From: Macrostomum lignano
Taxonomy: Eukaryota
Length of the DNA: 64,000 nt
Direction of reading: 5' to 3'
Assembly: GCA_002269645.1 (NCBI GenBank)
Contig: NIVC01000131.1
Span: forward strand, 223,881 to 287,880
Part shown: piece after piece, positions 24,321 through 36,800 of the stretch
Layout of the letters: each line of letters opens with the position of its first letter
How positions within the stretch are numbered: the first letter of the stretch is position 1
Made by a program: the position numbers and the translations under genes
The notes under the pieces: model-generated
Told to the model about the DNA's origin: nothing
Database searches by the model: none
Seen by the model: the letters and a program-made list of their open reading frames with translations, nothing else

Positions 24321-25398
24321 CTTTATTCTTTTCTAGGAACTCTCATTCTATTCTTATTTGGCTCCCAGGGGGTGGGGGGGCACTGATGGCTAGTAAGATA
24401 ATTGTAGACTGGATGTTGTATCAGATTGACTGAGGCCGATGGGTTTGATTGAGACTTCTTATTAAATTTAAGTTTTTTCTTAAATTTAATAAGAAATTAA
24501 GAATTTAATAAAATTATTTAAAATCATAAAAAATTATTAGAAAGAGACGAGAGAGAGAATAAACGGATAAGCTAATAATGCAGATTAATTGTAGATAGAC
24601 CTGGTTGTTCATTATCAGGTAAAGTTAGAAAAGCAACACTGGACCAAAGTGGTCAAAATAAGGTAAGCTGGCAAGCTATGAGTTAGACTTCGCGGATCAG
24701 TGTCTTAACTTAACTTTCAACTAAAATTTCTTAGAAGAAGACACTTTAAAAGTTGTGTTTACATGATTAAACAAATTAAACAAATTATTTCTGATATTTG
24801 CATACTGTTCAATCCAGAAAATGCTAAGTGAAATATTACCTAATAGTGATTAAAGTTCTGCTTTTTTCAGACGTTGTGTTCTATCAAAACTAATAATCGC
24901 TTTTTTAGCCGATGGAGGAGGAGAATCGCACTCACTGTATTGTTATTTTGTTATTCAGTAAGTTACCAAATAGCGCTCTAAAAGTTTAACTTCGGTTAGT
25001 AAAATTGGAACAAAAATGAATTCGCTTGTGCAAACCAATGCTTATTCTCTACTGAAAGCATGTAGAATCATGCCTTTAGCTTCACGTACAAAGTGAGTCT
25101 GCATTTTGCTTAGGGGCCTAGGCCCTTATCTTATATCTTAGACCTTCAATGGGCTGGTTAGGCCTGTGCCTAACGGATGACATAGCCATTTGTATTTGTA
25201 GCTATTACATTTTTTAATTTTATTATTTACTGCGAGAGTCAAAAAATTATTATAGCATTGCCATGCCATTTATTCACATTGCCATTTAAAGTGTTGAATT
25301 TATTATTCATAATAAAATAGGCCTAGTAACATTTCACAATTTTATAGAGTTCCACTGTAGCTAAAGACATGGTCATGGGAAGTTATAGATAGCCTATA

Positions 25399-25564
25399 GA
25401 GGTTTTTGGCAAAGCATATGAATATAGATAAGATAGGCTTAGGTTATAAGATATAGTCATACATTTTGGTATCTAGTCGTCCGTGAGGTTTTTGGCAAAG
25501 CATATGAATATAGATAGGATAGGCTTAGGTTATAAGATATAGTCATACATTTTGGTATCTAGTC
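25399..25564. repeat. Two-copy tandem duplication, period 86 bp
   Basis: GAGGTTTTTGGCAAAGCATATG..GGTATCTAGTC at 25399 and 25485. Confidence 0.85.
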
Positions 25565-28500
25565 AATCTAGGTATCAAGCAACAGGACAATCTAATTGAT
25601 GATAGACAATTCAATGATAGTCAAAATGCCAACAATCAATTTGGCAATAAAGTGTAATAAAAAGCTATTACAATATATGTAAATTGGCTAGGCCTATTGT
25701 CATTTAAACAGATTAGAAAGCTTAAATAATATATAATATTTAGGCAATTGTCAAGTTCTATTTGTTAAATTATTTTGACTCTAGAAAAGTACTGTACAAA
25801 CTATTTTAAGTACAAATAGCTATTTTTAAGAGACAAGCATTAGTTTCATGCTTCAAAACTTGTTAAAATATATCTGACACCAAAAAGCCGCAATAGCTTA
25901 GTCTATGGCCAAAACATTAATATGTGAAATAGAAAAAAAATATTATTGTTTATAGTCAAACTGCCAATTAACAACAAAATTTTTATATATTACAGTATTG
26001 AGAAATCTATAATAGGATATGCCCAAATGGTTTTATTAGGTTCAGTTAATGCTATAATTCCTCTAAGTAATTTTAAATAGGGCTTGTGAAGTCCCATGCA
26101 TGGTGCATAGCATGGTGCACAGCCTTGCTAAATTTAGGACTTTACTTTTATTTATTTGTTATTTGTCAATTTGTTAAAGATCATTGATATTTAGACTTGA
26201 CCATAGACCTTTTTCAAGGCAAAAATGTTCAAACATTCTGGCTATAGACTTTTGCAGCTTTCCAATGTCAGGTATATTATAACAAGTTTTGAAGCATAGA
26301 ATTAGTGCCTAGTCAGGCTTAAGTCTCCTAAAAGTATTTATTTATACTTGAAATAGTTCATACATTACTTTTCTAGAATCAAAATAATTTTTATGAATGG
26401 AACTTGACAGTTGCCAATATCTATATTATATAATAATATTACAATTATTATTGCTAATATTTTTTTATTATAGGCAAAAAAGTTTGATATGATGCCCTAA
26501 ATTGTATCAAAAGTATATCTATAATATAATACAATAGATATTGATTCCTAATATTAAGGTTTCCTTATAGATATTTAAACAGATATTTAAAATGATCATC
26601 TATAACTTTTAACAAAATTGACCTGCTTCAACTATCTTTTCATCAAATATTTAAGCAATTGTTGGATATTAAATAAGCATTCATTTATTTACTAAAGTAA
26701 CAATATTTTTAAAATACATTAATTCAAAGATTGTTTAGCAACACTCTGATTAGGACATTGTTTTACCATTGATTAAAATTGTTTTGATCATAGCAGCCTA
26801 AAGATAGTTAAAAATTATTTAACGTTTTACATGTGTCTCAACTTTTTCAGCTACTGCCTTGATGCTAAGATATTCAATACTAAACATTGCTTTGCACAAA
26901 CTTACATTTAGAAATTTTACTTATTTTTAATCAATATTTGTTTAGCTGCTATATCCTTGTTTTTTATCAGAATCTTGTCAAATTCTAGTCATAGCTATAA
27001 GATGTGTCAAAAAAGTTCCAAGACTAAAGTCCTACAGCACAACTTTTAGGTGCACTATCAATTTGCAGTTTGTTGAAGGCTGACACACCTTATATATATC
27101 TACTATAAAGTAAAGAGTAAGCCTTGACATCTCAGCAATTGAGTAGGACTTTGCAGGGTAGTCTATAGACATAGCAAGAGGCAAGTGTTGCCTATTCCTT
27201 TAGCTCTTAAAAGCCCAGCAGGGTTGTGACAGGCAGATAGGCAAAAGCAAGGTGGTCAGGGTAGTTCACTAGCTGTGGCCCATTTTGCAATGTGGTCTTC
27301 CATAGGGGGGAAAGTGGCTCATCTTGTTGCCTAGATAAACTGAGTGATGTTGTTGGGTTGGCAAACCTCATCAATAGATGGGTTCAGCTTGAGTTAGCAT
27401 ATCTAGTCTTTGGTAAAGGAAGGGTAAAGAAAGGGCAATGGCAGACAATGCTGCTAAGCATCTTAATTATAATTAATAAAAGGGCTAGTTATAATTAAAA
27501 GTTTGTTTTCAAGTTTGCCTTAGAGGAAATAGTGCCTATCAAGGTAGCCATGGCCAAAAAGGTCATGATAAAGGTATGAATATCTTTCTGTTTTGGTTTG
27601 GAAGGATATTCCTGAGCCTGCAAAAGCTGACATTTCATTTTAAAGCTAACATTGTGTATTGACATGACTAGAATTTGACAAGATTCTGATGAAAAACAAG
27701 GACACAGTAGCTGAACAAAAATCAGTAAAATTTCCAAATATGAGTTTGCATAAAGCAATGTTTAGTTTTAAATATCTCAGCATCAGTGTAGTCTTTTGTG
27801 GTGGCTGAGATGTCATTTTAAAGCTGATATAGATATAAAAAGTTAATCAAAGCATTTTTTAAACTAGCTTTTAAGCTGCTACAATTGAAACAAATTTAGT
27901 CAAAGGTAAAGCGATGTCTAATCAGAGTGTTGATAAGCAATTTTTGAATTAATGTATCTCAAAGATTTTTACTAAAGTAAATAAATTAAAGCTTATTCGA
28001 TGCCCAACAATTGATTAGATATTTGCTAAAAAGATGATTGAAGCAGGTCATTTTGTTAAAAGTTACAGACAATCATTTGAATGTCTGCCTGACATTGATT
28101 CTTACATTTCCCTCACATTGATTACTATTATCTAATTCCTATATCTATTAATACTAATACCACTCAACTGAGATTTAAAAGGTCAATTGAGCTATTGATT
28201 TGATGGGGTAGGATAGTAAAAATGATGAATGTTGCCAGTTTCAAATTGGAGGGAACTCTTAAGTCCCTAGAATTTAAGACTTGTATGAGCTTATATGTAT
28301 CAATATAGATTTTTAATGCCCTAGTCCCTATAGTTAAAGACTAGGAATACCAGTCATTTTGATAAGACATATTGGTGATGGACACTGGCAACAAGACATA
28401 TAGATTGCTATATATTATTTTTATAACTCATTGATTAATTAACAATCAACTAATCAATATGCATGTCAAAGTCTAGAAAATCTTAGGCCTACTATAAATT

Positions 28501-28702
28501 CCAGTATGCTCAATTAATTTGAACTTGTTATTCAGGCCAGCATACAGGCTAGCATAACTTCAAGCCAAAGTTATGTAGACTTGCTATTATAGCTATTATA
28601 GATAAAATAAATATCAAGTCATTTATAAATAAATTTGGTATTCTAATGAGAAACTAAAGTGAATGAGAAAGGCACTCTTCGAAATGAAAAAAGTCATGAG
28701 TT

Positions 28703-31700
28703 ATGCATGTTCAAACTTTGGCCGCCAGGGCTCACTGGGCCAGCGTGGAGATGGGCCCACCGGACCCGATCCTGGGCGTTACCGAGGCGTTCAAGCGGGA
28801 CAAGAATCCCAAGAAGATGAACCTCGGCGTTGGCGCCTACAGAGACGACACTGGCAAGCCATTTGTGCTGCCTTCGGTGCGCAAAGCTGAGGAGCAGCTG
28901 ATGGCCCAGAAACTGGACAAGGTGAAACAGACAGCTTTTTATCTTATAAAATTTCCCAAGAAATTGTAGCAATCTATAAATAACTCCTGCCTAGTGGTAG
29001 GTAGGTCTGGAGCTGCACCAGCTGTGATCATTTTAGCTGCTGACTTGGGCTGATAAGTCGCTCATTTGAATAAGCCGCATTTTTGCTCTGCCAAACCTCT
29101 GTTGACGCCGCAGACTGCGTTCAAAATCGTCCTTCAAATTTAGAACTGATCTTTGAGAATCGAGTCTTGAAAATGTCGCTTATCGAGAATCGCCTACTTT
29201 AGAACTAACCATAAAGATTCAACCACTGAGAATCACTCATCGAGAATCTTTAATGAAGAATCTCACACGATGAGAATCACTCATCGGGAATCATTAATGA
29301 AGAATCACACACTAAAAATCACTCGTCAAATCATTAATGAAGAATCACCCACTGATAATCACTCTTCAAGAATCATTCATGAAGAATCACCCACTGATAA
29401 TCACTCATTGAGAATCAATGATGAAGAATCACCCACTGATAATCACTCATTGAGAATCAATGATGAAGAATCATCCACTGAGAATCACTCATCGAGAATC
29501 ATTAATGAAGAATCACTCATCGAGAATCATTAATAAAAATCACTCATCGAGAATCAGTAATGAACAATCAATCACTGAGAATAATTATTGAAAAATCACC
29601 CACCTAGAATCGTTAATGAAGAATTACACACTAAAAATCACCCATCGAGAATCATTATTGAAGAATCACTCACTAAGTATCACTCACCGAAAACCATTAA
29701 TGAAGAATCACTCACCGAGAATCATTAATGAAGAATTACTCACTGAGAATCATTAAGGAAGAATTACTCACTGAGAATCATTAAGGAAGAATTACTCACT
29801 AAGAATCACTCGAGAATCATCCATGACATACATGCGCAACCTTGAGAATCATTCGGCCGTTTCTATTGGCAACACACACACAGTCACGTGGCTACACTTC
29901 CATCCAATAGCGACTTAAATGTGTGTGTTGCCAATAGAAATGGCCGGATGAATCTTTAGGTTGCGCCCAAGCATGATCCATGAAAAGTCGCCCACTGAGA
30001 AAAGCCTACCGATAATTCACTATCAATTTTTAGCATTGACCGTCGCTCTTTGGAAATCACCCCTTGAGAATTGCCCCATTACGAGTGGCCTCCAACGCCA
30101 ACCTAATGCAGGAATACGCCGGCATCGTTGGCCTGTCCGAGTTCACCAAGGCCGCGGTGGAGCTGGCCCTCGGCAGCGCCAACCCGATCCTAAGCGAGGG
30201 CCGCAACGCCAGCGCCCAGTCCATCAGCGGCACCGGGGCCCTGCGCATTGGCGCCGCCTTCTTTGCCAAATTCTATCCCAGCAAGACGGTGTGGTTCCCC
30301 AAGCCCACCTGGGGAAATCACAACCCCGTGTTCGGCCACGCCGGCATGTCCGTCAAGCAGTACCGCTATTACGATCCGGCCACGTGCGGCTTCGACGCCG
30401 CCGGTTGCCTTGACGACGTCAGCAAAATACCCGAAGGCGATGTCATCCTGCTGCACGCCTGCGCGCACAACCCGACTGGAGTGGATCCGCGCCAGGAGCA
30501 GTGGCGCGAACTGTGCGACGTCATCAAGAGAAGGAAGCTGTATCCGTTCTTTGACATGGCCTATCAGGTGCGCTATCAGATTTCACAGAGTCCAGAATGC
30601 ACAAAATCTCTAACATACAATCCCCAGTCAGAATGCACAGAATCCTCAACCAGAATGCACAGATTCCCCAACCAGAATGCACAGAATCCTCAACCAGAAT
30701 GCACAGAATCCCCAACCAGAATGCACAAAATCCCCAACCAGAATGCACAGAATCCCCAACCAGAATGCACAGAATCCCCAGCCAGAATGCACAGAATCAC
30801 CAGCCAGAATGCACAAATTCCCCAACCAGAATGCACAGAATCACCAGCCAGAATGCACAGAATCCCCAACCAGAATGCACAAAATCCCCAACCAGAATGC
30901 ACAAATTCCCCAACCAGAATGCACAGAATCCCCAGCCAGAATGCACAGGATCGCCAGCCAGAATGCACAGAATCCCCAACCAGAATGCACAAAATCCCCA
31001 ACCAGAATGCACAAAATCCCCAACCAGAATGCACAGAATCCCCAACCAGAATGCACAGAATCCCCAACCAGAATGCACAAAATCCCCAGCCAGAATGCAC
31101 AGAATCCCCAACCAGAATGCACAAAATCCCCAACCAGAATGCACAGAATCCCCAACCAGAATGCACAGAATCCCCAACCAGAATGCACAAAATCCCCAAC
31201 CAGAATGCACAGAATCCCCAACCAGAATGCACAGAATCCCCAGCCAGAATGCACAGGATCGCCAGCCAGAATGCGCAGAATCTTCAGTCAGAATGCACAG
31301 AATCCCCAGCCAGAATGCACAGAATCCCCAACCAGAATGCACAGAATCCCCATCCAGAATGCACAGAATCCCCAGCCAGAATGCACAGAATCCCCAGTCA
31401 GAATGCACAGAATCTCAACCAAAATTCACAGAATCCTCCACTCAGCATGGCCCAGAATCCCCACACAGCATGGCAGAATCCCCATCCCAACACAGGGCTT
31501 CGCCTCCGGCTGCGTGGACACGGACGCCTGGGCTGTCAGGCACTTCCTATCGGAGGGCCTGCCTGCTGCCCTGTGCCAGAGCTTCGCCAAGAACATGGGC
31601 CTCTACGGTGAACGAGTCGGCGCTTTCAGCATCTTCTGCGACTCGCAAGAGGAACGCGACCGCGTACTGAGCCAGATGAAGATCCTGATCCGGCCAATGT

Positions 31701-32047
31701 ACTCCAATCCGCCCGTGCACGGCGCCAGAATCGCTGCCGCGGTGCTGACCCAGCCTGAGCTGCGGCAGGCCTGGCTATCGGATGTGAAGGGCATGGCCGA
31801 TCGCATTATCGGGATGCGAACCCAGCTCACCGAGCTGCTGGCTAAAGAGGGTAGCAAGAAGAACTGGCAGCACATTATTGACCAGATTGGCATGTTCTGC
31901 TTCACCGGACTCAAGCCCGAGCAGGTTGAACGGCTTATTAAAGAGTTCAGCATCTACCTGACCAAGGATGGCCGGATCAGCGTGGCCGGAATTTCGTCCA
32001 ACAATGTGGCTTACCTGGCCCACGCTATTCACCAGGTTACCAAGTAG
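28703..32047 (+). CDS. GOT2: Mitochondrial aspartate aminotransferase; 3 exons seen, true N-terminal targeting exon uncertain
   Basis: Exons ~28703-28921 (..LDK|GTGAAA), 30112-30567 (CAG|EY..DMAYQ|GTGCGC) and 31496-32047 (ACAG|GFASG..HQVTK*), all phase 0. Motifs [29 protein letters not shown] and PLP lysine [12 protein letters not shown]. Confidence 0.95.
29225..29820. repeat. Degenerate GAATCA-based minisatellite in GOT2 intron 1
   Basis: Recurring GAGAATCATTAATGAAGAATCACTCA(C/T) units of variable length. Confidence 0.88.
29831..29975. mobile_element. Short fold-back (MITE-like) element, copy 2, in GOT2 intron 1
   Basis: GCGCAACCTTGAGAATCATTCGGCCGTTTCTATTGGCAACACAC is an inverted repeat of GTGTGTTGCCAATAGAAATGGCCGGATGAATCTTTAGGTTGCGC. 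It shares ends with copy 1. Confidence 0.7.
30590..31480. repeat. Minisatellite, 22-bp unit CCCCAACCAGAATGCACAGAAT, filling GOT2 intron 2
   Basis: Occupies ~890 of the 928-nt intron 30568-31495. The unit is stop-free. Confidence 0.96.
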
Positions 32048-32839
32048 ATCGCCTCTGACTGTTTGTGTTGTTTCATGGATTCTAGTAGGGGTCTAGTAGG
32101 GGTCTTATTACTTATAGTAGTAATATATATATACGGGTACGTATTAATTGTTTACTTTCTGTGCAGCAGTTACCATGGAGATGGCGAGGTCCAGCGTTAA
32201 ATGAAATACTTTGCTGCGCTGTTTTCAAACTCAAATTTGCAAGAAGAGAAACAACAGGGCGTCTTGCTACTACTTTTATAGTTGAATATTACTATTAGTA
32301 GTGCGCAACAGCTGGAATTGATTATTTCGATAGACTTTCCTTCGATTTGCGTAAAATCACGCTTGGTTAAAAATTTCAATAATAATAATATCAATTTTTC
32401 TCTGGTTTAGCTTTAAGTTTGCTGTGAACTTTTTTAGCGCCTCGAATGACAGGATTAGTTTGACATTGACGCTGTTTCGAATAGTTGGTTAATTTATATT
32501 GTATTTTTTAGTTAATTTTTTGTCTAAGCGTGTTTTTGTTGTGTCTAAAATTTCAACCGAGAAAAACACTCATTAGAACTGATGACAGCCCGTCTTAGCA
32601 CACAGCTTATTAGTTGTTAACTAATATAGATGCTTTAAATTCTATCGAACTTGTTTTTTGTATTCCTTGTTACACTTTTTTTGCTAAATAAAAACCTAAA
32701 TTTCAAATAGCTAATACCCGTTAGATATTCGATGATAGCACACCAAATTTTAGTTTGCACATTCAAGTCCTACAAAAATACGGTTTTTCAAGCCTTGATA
32801 ATCATTAATAAATATCATAGATAATTCCTGTCAAATTAG

Positions 32840-33612
32840 TCTCCAGGTGGCATGTCTGCATGCTGAAGGTTCAGGCAGAGACCGGAGTCTCCAGGTGGCA
32901 TGTCTGCATGCTGAAGGTTCAGGCAGAGACCGGAGTCTCCAGCAGGTGGCATGTCTGCATGCTGAAGGTTCAGGCAGAGACCGGAGTCTCCAGGTGGCAT
33001 GTCTGCATGCTGAAGGTTCAGGCAGAGACCGGAGTCTCCAGCAGGTGGCATGTCTGCATGCTGAAGGTTCAGGCAGAGACCGGAGTCTCCAGGTGGCATG
33101 TCTGCATGCTGAAGGTTCAGGCAGAGACCGGAGTCTCCAGCAGGTGGCATGTCTGCATGCTGAAGGTTCAGGCAGAGACCGGAGTCTCCAGGTGGCATGT
33201 CTGCATGCTGAAGGTTCAGGCAGAGACCGGAGTCTCCAGCAGGTGGCATGTCTGCATGCTGAAGGTTCAGGCAGAGACCGGAGTCTCCAGGTGGCATGTC
33301 TGCATGCTGAAGGTTCAGGCAGAGACCGGAGTCTCCAGATGGCATGTCTGCATGCTGAAGGTTCAGGCAGAGACCGGAGTCTCCAGCAGGTGGCATGTCT
33401 GCATGCTGAAGGTTCAGGCAGAGACCGGAGTCTCCAGGTGGCATGTCTGCATGCTGAAGGTTCAGGCAGAGACCGGAGTCTTCAGGTGGCATGTCTGCAT
33501 GCTGAAGGTTCAGGCAGAGACCGGAGTCTCCAGCAGGTGGCATGTCTGCATGCTGAAGGTTCAGGCAGAGACCGGAGTCTTCAGGTGGCATTTCTGCATG
33601 TTTAAGGTTCAG
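32840..33612. repeat. Minisatellite with alternating 48/51-bp units (GTGGCATGTCTGCATGCTGAAGGTTCAGGCAGAGACCGGAGTCTCCAG[CAG])
   Basis: Near-perfect repetition between the convergent 3' ends of GOT2 and the WAP gene. Confidence 0.96.
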
Positions 33613-33890
33613 CCTGAGCTGTATATTTTCTATACGCTGTACTTGTACATCAAAGTAATGAACTAAACACAAGAGTACATCGTGGGATGCAACTTGCAGT
33701 TCGCGTGCACTAATACACCACTGCCCTCTTGTTTCAAAACTAGGCGCTTTGGAATGTCTTCTATCAGTTTATTTATTTTACGGCCAAGCTGGCCAGTCCC
33801 GTGTACCGGAGATTGGTGCGATAGGATGGCGAGCAACGCAGTCGCACAACGGAAGGAAATCCCATAGTTGTATTGCAGTTTAGCCTACTG

Positions 33891-36800
33891 CTAGTACACC
33901 TTCTTCACGTGTTTGAAGGCTTTCTGCAGGGCGTCGTAGATCTTCTGCCGCGTTGTTCGCTCCCGTTTCTTCAGCTTCACCGTCTTGTTGTTGATAAAGG
34001 GCAGCTTGAATAGCTGGAATGAATAGGGATTTATTCATGCTGGACCTCAATATTGACAATTTTACTTGACTAAAAGGAGTCTGGGAATTCCCTTTGACCC
34101 AAGCAAGTTAGAAAATTCTCTATGACAGAAGCGATGTGAAGAATTCCCCTTGCCTAAAACGAGTTAGAATACCCATTGACTGAGAGGCGAGTTACAAAAT
34201 CCCCTTGACTGAGGCGATTCACGGATCGAATTCCCCTTTTGACTGAGGCGATTCACGGATCGAATTCCCCTTGACTGAGGCGATTCACGGATCGAATTCC
34301 CCTTTTGACTGAGGCGATTCACGGATCGAATTCCCCTTGACTGAGGCGAGTTACGAAACTCACCTTGACTGAAACAATTCACGGAATCCCCCATGGTAGA
34401 ATATGAGTCCAGTAAAGAGATCTCAATCTGCTGGCAAAGTATCTGATCCGAAGCATCTACGAGCCGTAGAATCAATTCGAAAGCACTTTATTGACAGCGA
34501 TATTGAACTCAATACAAATCAGAATATCTGCTTTCTGTTTTTTTTTCCACAAATTCCGTAATCCAGCTTCCATGCTGTCTAGAAAAAGTCAGTCAGCTAA
34601 TCCGACAATCTATGAAATCTGCTACAGACAGTTAGTTCTCTCGCTGAAAAAATCCTATACGGTGAAATCTAGTCAATATCTCTTAAAGGAATCTGACTGT
34701 GGGTCCACTGATTTCCTATCGAAGAATTTTCCCCAGACAGAACCTGACAGGAAAGAACAGGAAAATACTCAATTTGATGACTTTTTGCGCGACCTATTCA
34801 GCTACCGTAGACGACTCACCGAGCTCGATATAACATCGATGCAGGGCTTCTTGTCCTTGCAACCTGCCGGGCGGCCCAGCTCGTCGCATGTGCAAATCTG
34901 CTCCCTGCGATGCATGTACAGGTCGCCCGGGTAGGCCGTGCTGTTAGCGTAGTCCCGACACACTGCGGAAGGGGATTTGAGGGTTATAAGTATTGGCGAG
35001 ACTGCGAGCTGATTCGGGAATACACGTGTTAGACAGATTTGCATGTGTCCCAGAGTAGCCTGTCTGTAGTGTCCCCACAGTAGCCTGTCTGTAGTGTCCC
35101 ACAGTAGCCTGTCTATAGTGTCCCACAGTAGCCTGTCTATAGTGTCCCACAGTAGCCTGTCTACATAGTGTCCCACAGTAGCCTGTCTGTAGTGTCCCAC
35201 AGTAGCCTGTCTGTAGTGTCCCACAGTAGCCTGTCTGTAGTGTCCCACAGTAGCCTGTCTGTAGTGTCCCACAGTAGCCTGTCTGTAGTGTCCCACAGTA
35301 GCCTGTCTGTAGTGTCCCACAGTAGCCTGTCTGTAGTGTCCCACAGTAGCCTGTCTGTAGTGTCCCACAGTAGCCTGTCTGTAGTGTCCCACAGTAGCCT
35401 GTCTGTAGTGTCCCACAGTAGCCTGTCTGTAGTGTCCCACAGTAGCCTGTCTATAGTGTCCCACAGTAGCCTGTCTGTAGTGTCCCACAGTAGCCTGTCT
35501 ATATAGTGTCCCACAGTAGCCTGTCTGTAGTGTCCCACAGTAGCCTGTCTATAGTGTCCCACAGTAGCCTGTCTGTAGTGTCCCACAGTAGCCTGTCTGT
35601 AGTGTCCCTCAGTAGCCTGTCTGTAGTGTCCCACAGTAGCCTGTCTGTAGTGTCCCACAGTAGCCTGTCTATAGTGTCCCACAGTAGCCTGTCTATAGTG
35701 TCCCACAGTAACCTGTCTGTAGTGTCCCACAGTAGCCTGTCTGTAGTGTCCCACAGTAGCTTGTCTGTAGTGTCCCACAGTAGCATGTCTGTAGTGTCCC
35801 ACAGTAGCATGTCTGTAGTGTCCCACAGTAGCCTGTCTATAGTGTCCCACAGTAGCCTGTCTATAGTGTCCCACAATAGCCTGTCTGTAGTGTCCCACAG
35901 TAGCGTGTCTGCAGTGTCCCACAGTAGCCTGTCCCACACCAGCCAGTCCCACACCAGCCAGTCCCACACCAGCCAGTCCGACACCAGCCAGTCCCACACC
36001 AGCCAGTCCCACACCAGCTCACCGTGCTTGATGAGCAGCTCCGGCTCCAGACAGCGCAGTCTGCACCCATCGAAGCAGCAGCGGCTGTCCGCCGGACACT
36101 CGGAGTCCTTGTAGCAGAACGTGGCGTTCGCCTTGCAGCGATGATCACCGAGGCGCCAGCGGGGTGGGCAGACTCGCACAGGCGGGCTGGGTGTCATCTC
36201 CGGGCCGCTGGTCGGCGCGGGGCTGCTCGTGGAGTTGCCGCCGCCGTCGCCCGACGGGACGTCCTCGAAGAACTCGCGAATAGCAGAGGTCTCTGGGCGT
36301 AAGAAAGAATTCGAGTTGCAGTGAGTGAGCGACAGCTTGAACAGCTTGAAGGACGGATTCCAAACCATTCGGACACGAGTCAGAAACTATTCGGACACGA
36401 GTCCCAAACCATTCGGACACGAGTCCCAAACCATTCGGACACGAGTCCCAAACCATTCGGACACGAGTCCCAAATCATTCGGACACGAGTCAGAAACCAT
36501 TCGAACACGAGTCAGAAACCATTCGGACACGAGTCCCAAACCATTCGGACACGAGTCCCAAACCATTCGGACACGAGTCCCAAACCATTCGGACACGAGT
36601 CAGAAACCATTCGGACACGAGTCAGAAACCATTCGGACACGAGTCCCAAACCATTCGGACACGAGTCAGAAACCATTCGGACACGAGTCCCAAGCCATTT
36701 GGACACGAGTCTCAAACCATTCGGACACGAGTCAGAAACCATTCGAACACGAGTCCCAAACCATTCGGACACGAGTCCCAAACCATTCGGACACGAGTCA

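Noticed and set aside
30064-32047. 515-aa and 456-aa ORFs suggesting GOT2 with a repeat-protein insertion
   Set aside because: They are exon-into-intron and intron-into-exon read-throughs in different frames. Splicing 30568-31495 restores DMAYQ|GFASG.
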